From positions 56,308-120,307 of the forward strand of contig CALAHN010000089.1 of assembly GCA_937891825.1 (NCBI GenBank): 64,000 nucleotides of DNA, in the 5' to 3' direction. The position numbers and the translations under genes are program-made. The first letter of the stretch is position 1. Every line of letters begins with the position of its first letter. The notes beneath the pieces were generated by a model that searched no databases, was not told the DNA's origin, and saw only the letters and a list, made by a program, of their open reading frames with translations. The stretch comes from an uncultured Alphaproteobacteria bacterium. GTDB lineage: Bacteria; Pseudomonadota; Alphaproteobacteria; Bin95. Positions 18,502 to 28,388 of this stretch are shown one piece after another.

Positions 18502-19980
18502 CTAGCTGCCTGTCTGGTAGTTCGGGGCTTCGCGCGTGACGGTGATGTCGTGCACGTGGCTCTCGCGCAGGCCCGCGTTGGTAATGCGGATGAACTCGGC
18601 GTGCTCGCGCATGTCGGCGATGGTGGCGTTGCCGGTATAGCCCATCGCCGCCTTGAGGCCGCCGACAAGCTGATGGAGCACGCCCGCGACCGGGCCCTTG
18701 TATGGCACCTGGCCTTCGACGCCCTCGGGGACGAGCTTCAGGGTATCGTTTACTTCCTGCTGGAAGTAGCGATCCGCCGAGCCGCGCGCCATCGCGCCGA
18801 CGGACCCCATACCGCGATAGGATTTGTAGGAGCGGCCCTGATAGATGAAGACCTCGCCCGGGCTTTCATCGGTTCCGCCGAGCAGCGACCCGATCATCGC
18901 GCATTCTGCCCCGGCGGCGATCGCCTTCGCGAGGTCGCCGGAGGATTTGATGCCGCCGTCGGCGATCGCCGGGACATCGCGCCGCGCGCAGGCGGCCGCG
19001 GTTTCCATGATCGCGGTCAACTGCGGCACCCCGACGCCCGCGACAATGCGGGTCGTGCAGATCGAACCGGGGCCGATGCCGACCTTGATGGCGTCGGCGC
19101 CGGCGTCGATCAGGGCTTCCGCGCCGTCGCCGGTCGCGACATTGCCGGCGATGATCTGCACCTTGTTCGAAATGCGTCGGATCCGTTCGACTGCCTGGAT
19201 CACGCCTTCGGAATTGCCGTGGGCGGTATCGACGACGATCACATCGACGCCAGCGTCCGCCAGCGCCTCGGCGCGCTCGAACCCGGCGTCGCCGACGCCG
19301 GTCGCGGCGGCGCAACGAAGCCGGCCCTGCTCGTCCTTCGCGGCGTCAGGGAAGCGCGCCGCTTTGTCGATGTCCTTCACGGTGATCAGGCCGATGCAGC
19401 GATTGTCGCTATCGACCACCAGCAGCTTTTCGATCCGGTTCTGGTGCAGCAGCCGCTTGGCTTCCTCCGGCGTGACGTTCTCCGGCGCGGTGATGACGGC
19501 CTGGGTCATCAGTTCGCGGATCGGTTGACGCGGATCGGTCGCGAAACGGACGTCGCGGTTCGTCAGGATGCCGGCCAGGCGGCCATCGGCGATGGAGACG
19601 ACCGGAATGCCCGAAATATTGTGGTCTTTCATCAGGGCGAGGGCGTCGGCGAGGCGGGCATCCGGCGCGATCGTCACAGGATCGACGACCATGCCGGATT
19701 CGAATTTCTTCACCTTCCGGACTTCGCCCGCCTGCTGGATGATCGTCAGGTTCTTGTGGATCACGCCCATGCCGCCGGCCTGGGCCATCGCAATGGCCAT
19801 GGCCGATTCGGTCACCGTGTCCATCGCAGACGCAATGATCGGGATATTCAGACGGATTTCCCGCGTGACGCGCGTATCCGTCCGGGCTGCGGTTGGCAGA
19901 ACGGCCGAATGTGCGGGCCGGAGCAGCACATCATCGAAGGTAAGCGCGAGAGGTATCGTCGCGGTGTCGCGAGGCGCCAT
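18502..19980 (-). CDS. guaB: IMP dehydrogenase
   Basis: [11 protein letters not shown] pair, [23 protein letters not shown]. Confidence 0.98.
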   Translation of the reverse strand: MAPRDTATIPLALTFDDVLLRPAHSAVLPTAARTDTRVTREIRLNIPIIASAMDTVTESAMAIAMAQAGGMGVIHKNLTIIQQAGEVRKVKKFESGMVVDPVTIAPDARLADALALMKDHNISGIPVVSIADGRLAGILTNRDVRFATDPRQPIRELMTQAVITAPENVTPEEAKRLLHQNRIEKLLVVDSDNRCIGLITVKDIDKAARFPDAAKDEQGRLRCAAATGVGDAGFERAEALADAGVDVIVVDTAHGNSEGVIQAVERIRRISNKVQIIAGNVATGDGAEALIDAGADAIKVGIGPGSICTTRIVAGVGVPQLTAIMETAAACARRDVPAIADGGIKSSGDLAKAIAAGAECAMIGSLLGGTDESPGEVFIYQGRSYKSYRGMGSVGAMARGSADRYFQQEVNDTLKLVPEGVEGQVPYKGPVAGVLHQLVGGLKAAMGYTGNATIADMREHAEFIRITNAGLRESHVHDITVTREAPNYQTGS

Positions 19981-20032
19981 GTCATCCCCTTTGGACGATG
20001 CTGGAATGACGCCGCTCTATACACGCCCGTCG

Positions 20033-20737
20033 TTAGGAGTCCAATGGCGCCGATTGTGGACGCCTGAACCCAGTCGCGACCAGATACATCTCAGCGGAAT
20101 CCGAGCGGCTCGCCGGCGGCTTCGCATGGCGGACTGTCGCGAAATCCTGCTTCAGGTTTTCCAGCAATTCCGGCGGCGCGCCGCCCTGAAAAACCTTGAC
20201 GACAAAGGTTCCGCCGGGGGCCAGCAGGCGATGGGCGACATCGTAGGCGGCTTCCGCGATGGCGGCGATCCGCAGTTGATCGGTGCGTTTGTGGCCGGTC
20301 GTCGACGGCGCCATGTCGGAGAGCACGATATCGGCCTCGGTCCCGCCGAGCGCGTCGGTGATCTGGCGAATCGCATCTTCGGCGAAAATATCGAGCTTCA
20401 GCACCTCCGACCCGTCGATCGGGTCCATGCTCAGGATATCGATGCCGACGATTCGGCCGCTTCGCGTGCGCTCGGCCGCAACCTGCGTCCATCCGCCGGG
20501 CGCGGCGCCCAGATCGACGATGCGGGAATTCGGCTTCAGGATTTGAAACCGGTCATCCAGTTCGATCAGCTTGAACGCGGCGCGGCTGCGGTAGCCCGCC
20601 GCATTAGCCTTCACGACATAGGGGTCGTTCAACTGGCGTTGCAGCCAGCGGGTCGAGCCATTGGCGCGGCCGCGCGCTGTCTTGACCCGTGTCGCCATCA
20701 TGCGGCTGCCGTCGCCGCGCTTGCTCCCGCGCGCCAT
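20033..20737 (-). CDS. rlmE: 23S rRNA Um2552 methyltransferase
   Basis: WLQRQLNDPYV, GYRSRAAFKL, DLGAAPGGW, SDMAP, KPPASR..SAE; start moved to ATG 20737. Confidence 0.96.
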   Translation of the reverse strand: MARGSKRGDGSRMMATRVKTARGRANGSTRWLQRQLNDPYVVKANAAGYRSRAAFKLIELDDRFQILKPNSRIVDLGAAPGGWTQVAAERTRSGRIVGIDILSMDPIDGSEVLKLDIFAEDAIRQITDALGGTEADIVLSDMAPSTTGHKRTDQLRIAAIAEAAYDVAHRLLAPGGTFVVKVFQGGAPPELLENLKQDFATVRHAKPPASRSDSAEMYLVATGFRRPQSAPLDS

Positions 20738-20739
20738 CG

Positions 20740-21792
20740 TCAGCGCCTGCGCCGGCGATCGCGCGCCATCAGGGATAGCAGAATACCCTCCCTGACGCCG
20801 CGATCCGCGACCCTGAGACGGCCGACCGGCCATTGATCCCGGATCGCATCCAATATGGCGCAGCCCGGCAGCACCAGGTCGGCCCGCTCCGGACCGACGC
20901 AAGGGTTCGCCCGTCGCCCGTCGGGGCCGACGGCGAAGAGTTCATCCGTGACGGCGTCGATCTCGGAGAATTTCAGCATTGCGCCATCGACGATGTCCCT
21001 GCGGTAGCGGCTCAGGCGTTTGTGGATGCCTGCGACTGTCGTCACGGTGCCGGACGCGCCCAACATCTGCACCCGGCCGCCGCGCACTTTCGCGCTGATG
21101 CCGTGGCGCTGGTCGAACGCGAGCAGCGGCGCCCGAGCTTCAGCTTTTAGCGCGGCATAGAGATCGGGCGTGATGTCGCGGCCTTTCAGCCGGTCCGCCG
21201 CCGTTACGACGCCAAGCGGGATCGAAATCGTATCGAGCACGGCAAGCGATTCGCCCCGGCGCGACCCCATCCAAACCACTTCGGTCGAGCCGCCGCCAAT
21301 ATCGAACACAATACCGAAGGCGCGGTTGCTTGTCAGCAAGGGGCCGCAGCCGCGCGCCGCGAGGCTTGCTTCCTCGCCGGGGCTGATGATCTCGAGCTGC
21401 ACGCCGGTTTCCGCAAAAGCCCGGCGGAGGAAGGCGTCGCAATTGACGGCCTGGCGGCAGGCCTCGGTCGCGACGAACCGGCCATGGCGGACGTTCCAGC
21501 GCCGGAGCTTGCCCGCACAGATCCTGAGGCAGGCGATCGCCCGTTCGATCGCGGCGTCCGACAGCCTGCCGGTTTCGGCAAGGCCTTCGCCAAGCCGGAT
21601 GATTCGGGAAAACGAATCGATTACCGTGAACGCGCCGCCCGCCGGCCGGGCGACCAGCAGACGGCAATTGTTCGTCCCAAGATCGATCGCCGCGTATGCC
21701 GGCGGCGGGGGATGGGGCAAGCCCGACGCGCGCTGCGCCGGGCCGACGATTACCGTCGGCTCCAGTCGATCGCGCTCACTCTCGAAATCCAA
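20740..21792 (-). CDS. Ppx/GppA family phosphatase
   Basis: AAIDLGTNNCRL, ATEACR, DIGGGSTE, ERADL, DRGVREG; start uncertain. Confidence 0.92.
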   Translation of the reverse strand: MDFESERDRLEPTVIVGPAQRASGLPHPPPPAYAAIDLGTNNCRLLVARPAGGAFTVIDSFSRIIRLGEGLAETGRLSDAAIERAIACLRICAGKLRRWNVRHGRFVATEACRQAVNCDAFLRRAFAETGVQLEIISPGEEASLAARGCGPLLTSNRAFGIVFDIGGGSTEVVWMGSRRGESLAVLDTISIPLGVVTAADRLKGRDITPDLYAALKAEARAPLLAFDQRHGISAKVRGGRVQMLGASGTVTTVAGIHKRLSRYRRDIVDGAMLKFSEIDAVTDELFAVGPDGRRANPCVGPERADLVLPGCAILDAIRDQWPVGRLRVADRGVREGILLSLMARDRRRRR

Positions 21793-21909
21793 CTCCGTGC
21801 TCCGATCGTCGGCGTCTGCTTCTGTGGCGACTGCCGATAAGCCTTCTGTTCACATTGCAGGATAGAGGCGAATGCCAGTCCGCGGCAACCATGTTCCGCA
21901 ATTCCCTCG

Positions 21910-21940
21910 TTGACAGAAACATTGGCGGCATGGCTAATAG
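21910..21940 (+). promoter_or_regulatory. Housekeeping sigma70 promoter for the riboswitch-metZ transcript
   Basis: TTGACA (21910-21915), 17 nt spacer, GCTAATAG; lies directly 5' of the aptamer. Confidence 0.7.
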
Positions 21941-21942
21941 AG

Positions 21943-22000
21943 CTCGTGGTGATTTGAGCGACCAGCTTGCGGGCCACGTAAAATAAACCGCTAAAGAGGT
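21943..22000 (+). ncRNA. SAM-II (SAM-alpha) riboswitch aptamer
   Basis: CGTGGTGATTTG...GCTTGCgGGCCACGTAAAATAAACCGCTAAAGAGG; P1 CGTGG/CCACG, pseudoknot TTTGAGCG/CGCTAAA; upstream of metZ. Confidence 0.9.
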
Positions 22001-22008
22001 CGGCGAGC

Positions 22009-22038
22009 AGCCCGGCCTATGCGTCGGGCTATTTTTTT
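22009..22038 (+). terminator. Intrinsic terminator in the metZ leader
   Basis: AGCCCGG-loop-TCGGGCT stem followed by ATTTTTTT. Confidence 0.8.
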
Positions 22039-22089
22039 GCCCTGTGCATAGCGTCAGCCTCTCCGACCGGATGTGCAAACGGGGAGAGT

Positions 22090-23286
22090 ATGATGGCGTT
22101 GGATTATCGAAACCTGCCGGCGGACGTATCCGCCAGGACCGCCGCGATCCATGCGGGGCAATTACCGAGCCCGTACATGGAGAACGCCGAGGCGATCTAC
22201 ATGACCTCCGGCTTTACCTATGCCTCGGCCGAGGAAGCGGAGGCGGCGTTCAAGGGCGACATCGAGCGCTATGTCTATTCCCGCTACGCCAATCCGACGG
22301 TTTCGATGTTCGAGGAGCGGTTGCGGCTTCTGGAAGGCGCCGAAGCTTGTATGGCGACCGGGTCAGGCATGGCGGCGGTCTTCGCCGCGCTCGCTTGTCA
22401 GATCAGCGCTGGCGAACGCCTGGTCGCCAGTCGGGCGCTTTTCAGCTCCTGCCATGTGATCGCGACCCAGATTCTGCCGCGCTTCGGCGTCGAGACGGAG
22501 CTGGTCGACGGAACCGATCTGGCCGCCTGGGAGCGGGCGCTGTCGCGGCCGGCGAAGCTGACATTCCTGGAGACGCCCTCCAACCCGATGCTCGATATCA
22601 TCGATCTCAAGGCGGTCGCGGAGATGTCACATCGGGCGGGCGCGATGCTGGTGGTGGACAATGTGTTCGCGACGCCGGTTTTCCAGCGGCCGCTGGAGTT
22701 CGGCGCGGATGTCGTGACCTATTCGACGACCAAGCACATCGACGGTCAGGGCCGCAGCCTTGGCGGCGCGGTACTGGGCAGCCAGGAATTCGTGACCGAG
22801 AAGCTGTTGCCGTTTCTCCGCCATACCGGGCCGGCGCTCAGCCCTTTCAACGCCTGGATCGCCTTGAAGGGGCTGGAGACCCTGGAGCTTCGCGTCCGCG
22901 CCGCGGCCGAAAGCGCCGCACGGGTCGCGGATTTCCTGGCGGCCCATCCAAAGGTCGCCCAGACGATCTACCCCGGCCGCACGGACTGCGCCGGGCACGA
23001 CCTGGCGAAGCGGCAGATGTCCGGGTTCGGCACCCTGACGACGTTCCGGCTGAAGGGCGGGAAGGCGGCCTGCTTCAAGGCCTTGAATGCGCTCCAGACG
23101 ATCCGGATTTCGAATAATCTAGGCGACGCGAAGAGCTTGATCTGTCATCCTGACACGACGACCCATGCGAAAGTGCCGGCGGAGGACAAGCGACTGCTTG
23201 GGATCGACGACAGCATGCTTCGGCTGTCGGTCGGGCTCGAAAGCGCCGACGATCTGATCGCCGATCTCGATCGCGCCTTTGCTTGA
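22090..23286 (+). CDS. metZ: O-succinylhomoserine sulfhydrylase family (Cys/Met metabolism PLP enzyme)
   Basis: YSRYANPTV, SGMAA, ETPSNP, DNVFATP, YSTTKHIDGQGR, NNLGDAKSL; SAM riboswitch upstream. Confidence 0.93.
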   Translation: MMALDYRNLPADVSARTAAIHAGQLPSPYMENAEAIYMTSGFTYASAEEAEAAFKGDIERYVYSRYANPTVSMFEERLRLLEGAEACMATGSGMAAVFAALACQISAGERLVASRALFSSCHVIATQILPRFGVETELVDGTDLAAWERALSRPAKLTFLETPSNPMLDIIDLKAVAEMSHRAGAMLVVDNVFATPVFQRPLEFGADVVTYSTTKHIDGQGRSLGGAVLGSQEFVTEKLLPFLRHTGPALSPFNAWIALKGLETLELRVRAAAESAARVADFLAAHPKVAQTIYPGRTDCAGHDLAKRQMSGFGTLTTFRLKGGKAACFKALNALQTIRISNNLGDAKSLICHPDTTTHAKVPAEDKRLLGIDDSMLRLSVGLESADDLIADLDRAFA

Positions 23287-23406
23287 CCTGCGGTTAAGCC
23301 AATTGGGTCAAGTCGTTAACATTGCGTGTTTGTAATGTGCCGCCTATCGTTCGGCATCTCGGAGGGAATTATAGTGCCTGAACTTGGCGTGGGGCCTGAA
23401 AAGCAG

Positions 23407-23799
23407 ATGTATTCACAGCGGACACAGGATCTCACCGTGACCGTCGTGCCGGAGTTCCTTGCGGAACATTCCCGTCCGGCCGAGGGTCATTATGTCTGGG
23501 CCTACCATATCACAATTCGCAATCAAAGAGCGACGCGGGTGCAGTTGATCAACCGCTATTGGAAGATCATCGACGCGCAAGGCCGCGTGCAGGAAGTGCG
23601 CGGCGTCGGCGTCGTAGGCGAGCAGCCGGTGCTCGGGCCGGGCGAGGAATATTCCTACACCAGCGGCTGTCCCTTGCGCACGCCGTCCGGCGTCATGCTC
23701 GGCGCCTTCGAGATGTCGACGGACGACGGCGAACGCTTCGACGTGTCGGTGCCGGTCTTTTCGCTCGACTCGCCAGACGCCGTCGGGGCTGTCCACTAG
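23407..23799 (+). CDS. apaG: ApaG protein
   Basis: YVWAYHITIRN, QLINRYWKI, GVGVVGEQP, YTSGCPLRTPSG. Confidence 0.95.
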   Translation: MYSQRTQDLTVTVVPEFLAEHSRPAEGHYVWAYHITIRNQRATRVQLINRYWKIIDAQGRVQEVRGVGVVGEQPVLGPGEEYSYTSGCPLRTPSGVMLGAFEMSTDDGERFDVSVPVFSLDSPDAVGAVH

Positions 23800-23931
23800 T
23801 TCGAGCCCTGCCCGAAATCCGGCTTTCGCCGCGCCCCTCCGCGACGCTGACTTTAATTCGCAGCGAATTCCGGTATTCTCCGGCGATGTACGGCGGGCGG
23901 CTGATCTGCCGCGACTGGGACAATCGCGCTC

Positions 23932-25383
23932 ATGAATTTCCGGCCGGTGGCGTTTCTGACAGGGCTTTTGTTGTCGGGCTTGGCCATCGCCATGATCCCG
24001 CCTGTGATCGCCGATCTTCTCCACGGCAACAAGAACTGGCTGGTGTTTGTCGCGGCGGCTGGCCTGACGCTGTTTGTCGGCGTCGGGCTTAGCGTTTCCT
24101 GTTGGCCCGGCGCCGGCAAGTTCCGCATCACCACCCGGGAGACCTTCGTCTTCACGGCGAGCAACTGGGCGACGCTGGCGGCCTTCGCGGCCTTGCCGTT
24201 TGTCTTCGCCGACCTGGGGCTCGACTATACCGACGCCTATTTCGAAGCGATGTCGGGCCTGACCACGACCGGCTCGACGGTCATCGTCGGCCTGGATTTC
24301 GCGGCGCCGGGACTGCTGCTCTGGCGGGCGCTCCTGCAGTGGATCGGCGGCATCGGCATTGTCGTGACCGCGATCGCCATTCTTCCGGCGCTGCAGGTCG
24401 GCGGCATGCAGCTCTTCCGGGCCGAGGCCCTGGAGCAGCACGAGAAGGTCCTGCCGCGCGCCGCCCAGATCGCCGTCGGCATCGGCGGCGTTTATCTGAC
24501 CTGCACCATCATCGTCGCCGCCGGCTATTGGCTGGTCGGCATGAATACCTTCGATGCGATCACCCATGCGATGACGACGATATCGACCGGCGGTTATGCG
24601 AACTACGATTCCTCCTTCGGAAATTTCGAAGGATCGCCTGTCCTGTTTATCGCGACATTCGGCATGATCCTCGGCTCCCTGCCGTTCATCATGTATCTGA
24701 AGGCGATCCGCGTATCGGTTCGCGTCGCGCTGCGGGATCCGCAAGCGCGCGGCTTCATGGTCGCGGCCCTGGGTTTCGTCGTGTTCGCCGTCGCCATGCG
24801 CAATTGGGACGACGCGGAATCCGGCGTCATGCTGGTCGCGGACACCGCCTTCAATGTCGTTTCGATCATGACCGGCACCGGCTATGCGAACGAGAATTTC
24901 GAGCTTTGGGGCGCATTCGCGACGCCGTTTTTCTTCATCCTGATGTTCATTGGCGGCTGTGCGGGCTCGACGACCTGCGCGATCAAGATCTTTCGCTTCC
25001 AGGTGCTGTTCGCATTCGCCGCGGCGCAATTGCGGCGCCTGGCGCGGCCCCATCGCGTGGCGCGGGCGCGCTATGCCGGCAAGGCTCTCCTGCCGGAGAC
25101 CATCGATTCCGTGATGGCGTTCTTCTTCCTCTACATGGTGTGCTTCGTGCTGCTGGCGCTTGGCCTTGGCATGTGCGGGGCGGATGCGATGACGGCGCTT
25201 TCGGGCGCCGCGACGGCGATTTCCAACGTCGGGCCGGGGCTTGGGGCGGAGATCGGCCCCGAAGGCAATTTCGCCGGTCTGCCCGACGCCGCCAAATGGC
25301 TTCTGGCGGCCGGCATGCTGCTCGGACGGCTGGAATTGTTCACCGTCCTGATTCTGCTGATGCCCCGCTTCTGGCGGAGTTGA
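23932..25383 (+). CDS. trkH: TrkH potassium uptake permease
   Basis: FEAMSGLTTTGST, WRALLQWIGGIG, STGGY, TGTGY, NVGPG, GRLE. Confidence 0.95.
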   Translation: MNFRPVAFLTGLLLSGLAIAMIPPVIADLLHGNKNWLVFVAAAGLTLFVGVGLSVSCWPGAGKFRITTRETFVFTASNWATLAAFAALPFVFADLGLDYTDAYFEAMSGLTTTGSTVIVGLDFAAPGLLLWRALLQWIGGIGIVVTAIAILPALQVGGMQLFRAEALEQHEKVLPRAAQIAVGIGGVYLTCTIIVAAGYWLVGMNTFDAITHAMTTISTGGYANYDSSFGNFEGSPVLFIATFGMILGSLPFIMYLKAIRVSVRVALRDPQARGFMVAALGFVVFAVAMRNWDDAESGVMLVADTAFNVVSIMTGTGYANENFELWGAFATPFFFILMFIGGCAGSTTCAIKIFRFQVLFAFAAAQLRRLARPHRVARARYAGKALLPETIDSVMAFFFLYMVCFVLLALGLGMCGADAMTALSGAATAISNVGPGLGAEIGPEGNFAGLPDAAKWLLAAGMLLGRLELFTVLILLMPRFWRS

Positions 25384-25402
25384 GCGCGGCCCGGGCTGCG
25401 GT

Positions 25403-27304
25403 TCAGCTCGGCCGGGCGTACCCCGCAAGCTGCAAGGCCGCCTCGATCTCCGCCAGGATCGCCGGATCGTCGATCGTTGCCGGCATCTTGAAGGTCTGGC
25501 TGTCGGCGATTTTCTGCATGGCGCCGCGCAGCACCTTGCCCGAGCGGGTCTTCGGCAGCCGATCGACGACAATCGCGGTCTTGAAGGCCGCGACCGGGCC
25601 GATCCTGTCGCGGATCAGGCGCACGCATTCGGCCGCAATTTCTGCGTGCGGGCGATTGACGCCGGACGACAGCACCAGGAAGCCGATCGGCGCCTGGCCC
25701 TTGAGGGGGTCCTGGACGCCGACGACAGCGCATTCCGCGACGTCGGCATGGCTGGCCAAAACTTCCTCCATCGCGCCGGTCGAAAGCCGATGGCCCGCGA
25801 CATTGATGATGTCGTCGGTGCGCGCCATAACGTAGATGTAGCCGTCGGCGTCGATATAGCCCGCGTCCGCCGTCTCGTAATAGCCGGGAAAGCGCTTGAA
25901 ATAGGCGGCTTGGTAGCGCTCATGGGCGTTCCAGAGCGTCGGAAAGGCGCTTGGCGGCAAGGGCAGCTTCGCGACCAGGGCGCCGATGCCGCCGGGCGCG
26001 ACTTCCTTGCCGTCGTCATCGAGCGCGCGGATATCCCAGCCCGGCGCCGCCTTGGCGGGCGAGCCTGGCTTGATCGGCAGAAGCTCGATGCCCGGATAGT
26101 TCGCCGCGATCGACCAGCCGGTCTCGGTCTGCCACCAGTGGTCGATGACGGGCACGCCCAGTTGGCTTTCCGCCCAGCCAAGCGTATCGGGATCGGACCG
26201 TTCGCCGGCCAGATAGAGCGCGCGCAAGCTGGACAGGTTGTACTGCCTGAACAGCCTGCCCTCCGGATCGTCGCGCCGGATCGCCCGGAAGGCCGTCGGC
26301 GCCGTGAAGAGGGCCTTCACGTCATATTCCTCGACGATCCGCCAGAAGACCCCGGCATCCGGGGTCCCGACCGGCTTGCCTTCGAACAACACCGTCGCGC
26401 AGCCATGGATCAGGGGCGCATAGACGATATAGCTGTGGCCGACGACCCAACCGACGTCCGAGGCCGCCCAGAATGTCTCCCCGGGCGCCATGCCGTAAAT
26501 GTTCGGCATCGACCAGGCGAGCGCCACCAGATGTCCCCCATTGTCGCGCACGACGCCCTTCGGCTCCCCGGTCGTGCCGGAGGTATAGAGGATATAAAGC
26601 GGGTCGGTCGCCTTGACCGGCACGCAAGGCTGGGGCGTCGCCGTGGCCATGGCCTCGGTCCAGTCGATGTCGCGGCCGGGGGTCATTGCGGCTTTGGCCT
26701 GGCGGCGCTGCAGGATCACCGTATGGGCGGGTTTGTTCTTGGCGGTCGCGATGGCGCTATCGAGCAGGGGCTTGTAGGCGACGACCCGGCCCGGCTCGAT
26801 CCCGCAGGAGGCTGCGACCACGACCTTGGCGCGGCTGTCGTCGATCCTGACCGCGAGTTCGTTGGCCGCGAACCCGCCGAACACCACGGAATGCACGGCG
26901 CCGATCCGCGCGCAGGCCAGCATGGCGATGATCGTTTCCGGGATCATCGGCATATAGATCACCACCCGGTCGCCCTTCGTGACGCCGAGGCCCTTGAGGA
27001 CGCCGGCGAAGCGGGCTGTCTGGTCCATGAGGTCGCTATAGGTCAGGCGGGCTTTGGCGCCGGTGATCGGGCTGTCGTAATAGACGGCGACCGCATCGCC
27101 GCGGCCGGCCAGAACATGGCGGTCGACAGCGTTATGGCAGGTGTTGGTCTCGGCCCCGACGAACCAGCGGCGCGGAAATTCGCCTTCGGGGGAGAGGACG
27201 CGATCCCAGGGCTTGAACCAGTCGATGGCGCTGGCGGCCTCGCCCCAGAAGCCTTCCGGGTCCGCCAGGGAACGGCGGTGCAGGTCATCGTAGCTCTGGC
27301 GCAT
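25403..27304 (-). CDS. prpE: Propionyl-CoA synthetase
   Basis: YTSGTTGEPKGVVRDNGGH, SDVGWVVGHSY, DHWWQTE, LPKTRSGK; start moved to ATG 27304 (GGAGGAG RBS). Confidence 0.88.
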   Translation of the reverse strand: MRQSYDDLHRRSLADPEGFWGEAASAIDWFKPWDRVLSPEGEFPRRWFVGAETNTCHNAVDRHVLAGRGDAVAVYYDSPITGAKARLTYSDLMDQTARFAGVLKGLGVTKGDRVVIYMPMIPETIIAMLACARIGAVHSVVFGGFAANELAVRIDDSRAKVVVAASCGIEPGRVVAYKPLLDSAIATAKNKPAHTVILQRRQAKAAMTPGRDIDWTEAMATATPQPCVPVKATDPLYILYTSGTTGEPKGVVRDNGGHLVALAWSMPNIYGMAPGETFWAASDVGWVVGHSYIVYAPLIHGCATVLFEGKPVGTPDAGVFWRIVEEYDVKALFTAPTAFRAIRRDDPEGRLFRQYNLSSLRALYLAGERSDPDTLGWAESQLGVPVIDHWWQTETGWSIAANYPGIELLPIKPGSPAKAAPGWDIRALDDDGKEVAPGGIGALVAKLPLPPSAFPTLWNAHERYQAAYFKRFPGYYETADAGYIDADGYIYVMARTDDIINVAGHRLSTGAMEEVLASHADVAECAVVGVQDPLKGQAPIGFLVLSSGVNRPHAEIAAECVRLIRDRIGPVAAFKTAIVVDRLPKTRSGKVLRGAMQKIADSQTFKMPATIDDPAILAEIEAALQLAGYARPS

Positions 27305-27461
27305 CGGGCGGCTCCTCCGGAAACTATTAATGCGGCATTCTGGTCCAGGGGCTGGGCGCGCGACGGGCGATCCGTCACGCGGTCCCTGGCTTGCCGTTCT
27401 CTTGGGCGTTGGGTCAGGATATACCCTCGGCACTGTGTCTTAAAATAGGGAATGGCGGGCT

Positions 27462-28376
27462 ATGGGGATTCTGGACGGCAAGGTCGCATTGGTGACCGGG
27501 GCAGGGCGCGGCATCGGCCGGGCGATCGCGTTCGATATGGCGAAGGCGGGCGCGAAGGTCGTCGTCAATGACCTGGGCGCGGCCCTGGGCGGCGGCGAGG
27601 GCGACGAAGGCCCGGCGCAGCAGACGGCGAGCGACCTTCGCAAGGCAGGCTATGAGGCGGCATACAACACCGACAGCGTCGCCGAGGAATCCGGCGGCCG
27701 CCGCATGGTCGAAACCGCGATGGACACGTTCGGCGGCATCGATTGCGTCGTCAATGTCGCGGGCATCCTGCGCGACGGCATGCTGCACAAGATGAGCGCG
27801 CAGGAATGGCGCGCCGTCATCGACGTCCACCTCAACGGCTGCTTCAACGTCTCCCGCGCCGCGATTGAGCATATGCGCGAGAAGGGCTCCGGCGCGTTCG
27901 TGCATTTCACGTCGACCTCCGGCCTGGTCGGCCAGATCGGGCAGGCGAACTACGGCGCGGCCAAGATGGGCATTGTCGGCTTGAGCCGCATTCTGGCGAT
28001 GGAGGGCGCGGCCAAGGGCGTGCGCTCGAACGCCCTCGCGCCGTTCGCCTGGACGCGCATGATCGAATCGATCCCGATCAAGAGCGACGAGCAAGCCCGC
28101 GCATTCGAAGCGTTCCGGACAGGCGCGACGCCGGAGCATGTGGCGCCGGTCGTCAGTTACCTCTGCAGCGACGCGGCGTCGGGCGTGAACGGCCAAGTAT
28201 TCGGCGTCCGCGGCAACGAAATTTACCTGTTCAGCCAACCCCGCCCGGTCAAGACGCTCCACAACGGCGCCGGCTGGACCCATGCAAGCCTGGCCGCGAT
28301 GGTCGAGCCGTCGATCCGGAACGAAATGACCAGCCTGGAAGGCACGGGCGAATATTTCAGTTGGGACCCGATTTAA
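27462..28376 (+). CDS. SDR family oxidoreductase (hydroxyacyl-CoA dehydrogenase-like)
   Basis: TGAGRGIG, VVVNDLG, AGILRD, NYGAAK. Confidence 0.92.
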   Translation: MGILDGKVALVTGAGRGIGRAIAFDMAKAGAKVVVNDLGAALGGGEGDEGPAQQTASDLRKAGYEAAYNTDSVAEESGGRRMVETAMDTFGGIDCVVNVAGILRDGMLHKMSAQEWRAVIDVHLNGCFNVSRAAIEHMREKGSGAFVHFTSTSGLVGQIGQANYGAAKMGIVGLSRILAMEGAAKGVRSNALAPFAWTRMIESIPIKSDEQARAFEAFRTGATPEHVAPVVSYLCSDAASGVNGQVFGVRGNEIYLFSQPRPVKTLHNGAGWTHASLAAMVEPSIRNEMTSLEGTGEYFSWDPI

Positions 28377-28388
28377 GGACCGATCGCC

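Noticed and set aside
21793-21909. Possible tRNA gene upstream of ppx
   Set aside because: No cloverleaf or TTC T-loop signature found.
23282-23325. Possible CtrA box upstream of apaG
   Set aside because: The TTAA half-sites are not spaced by 7 nt; only a CTTGACC/GGTCAAG inverted repeat without a U tract.
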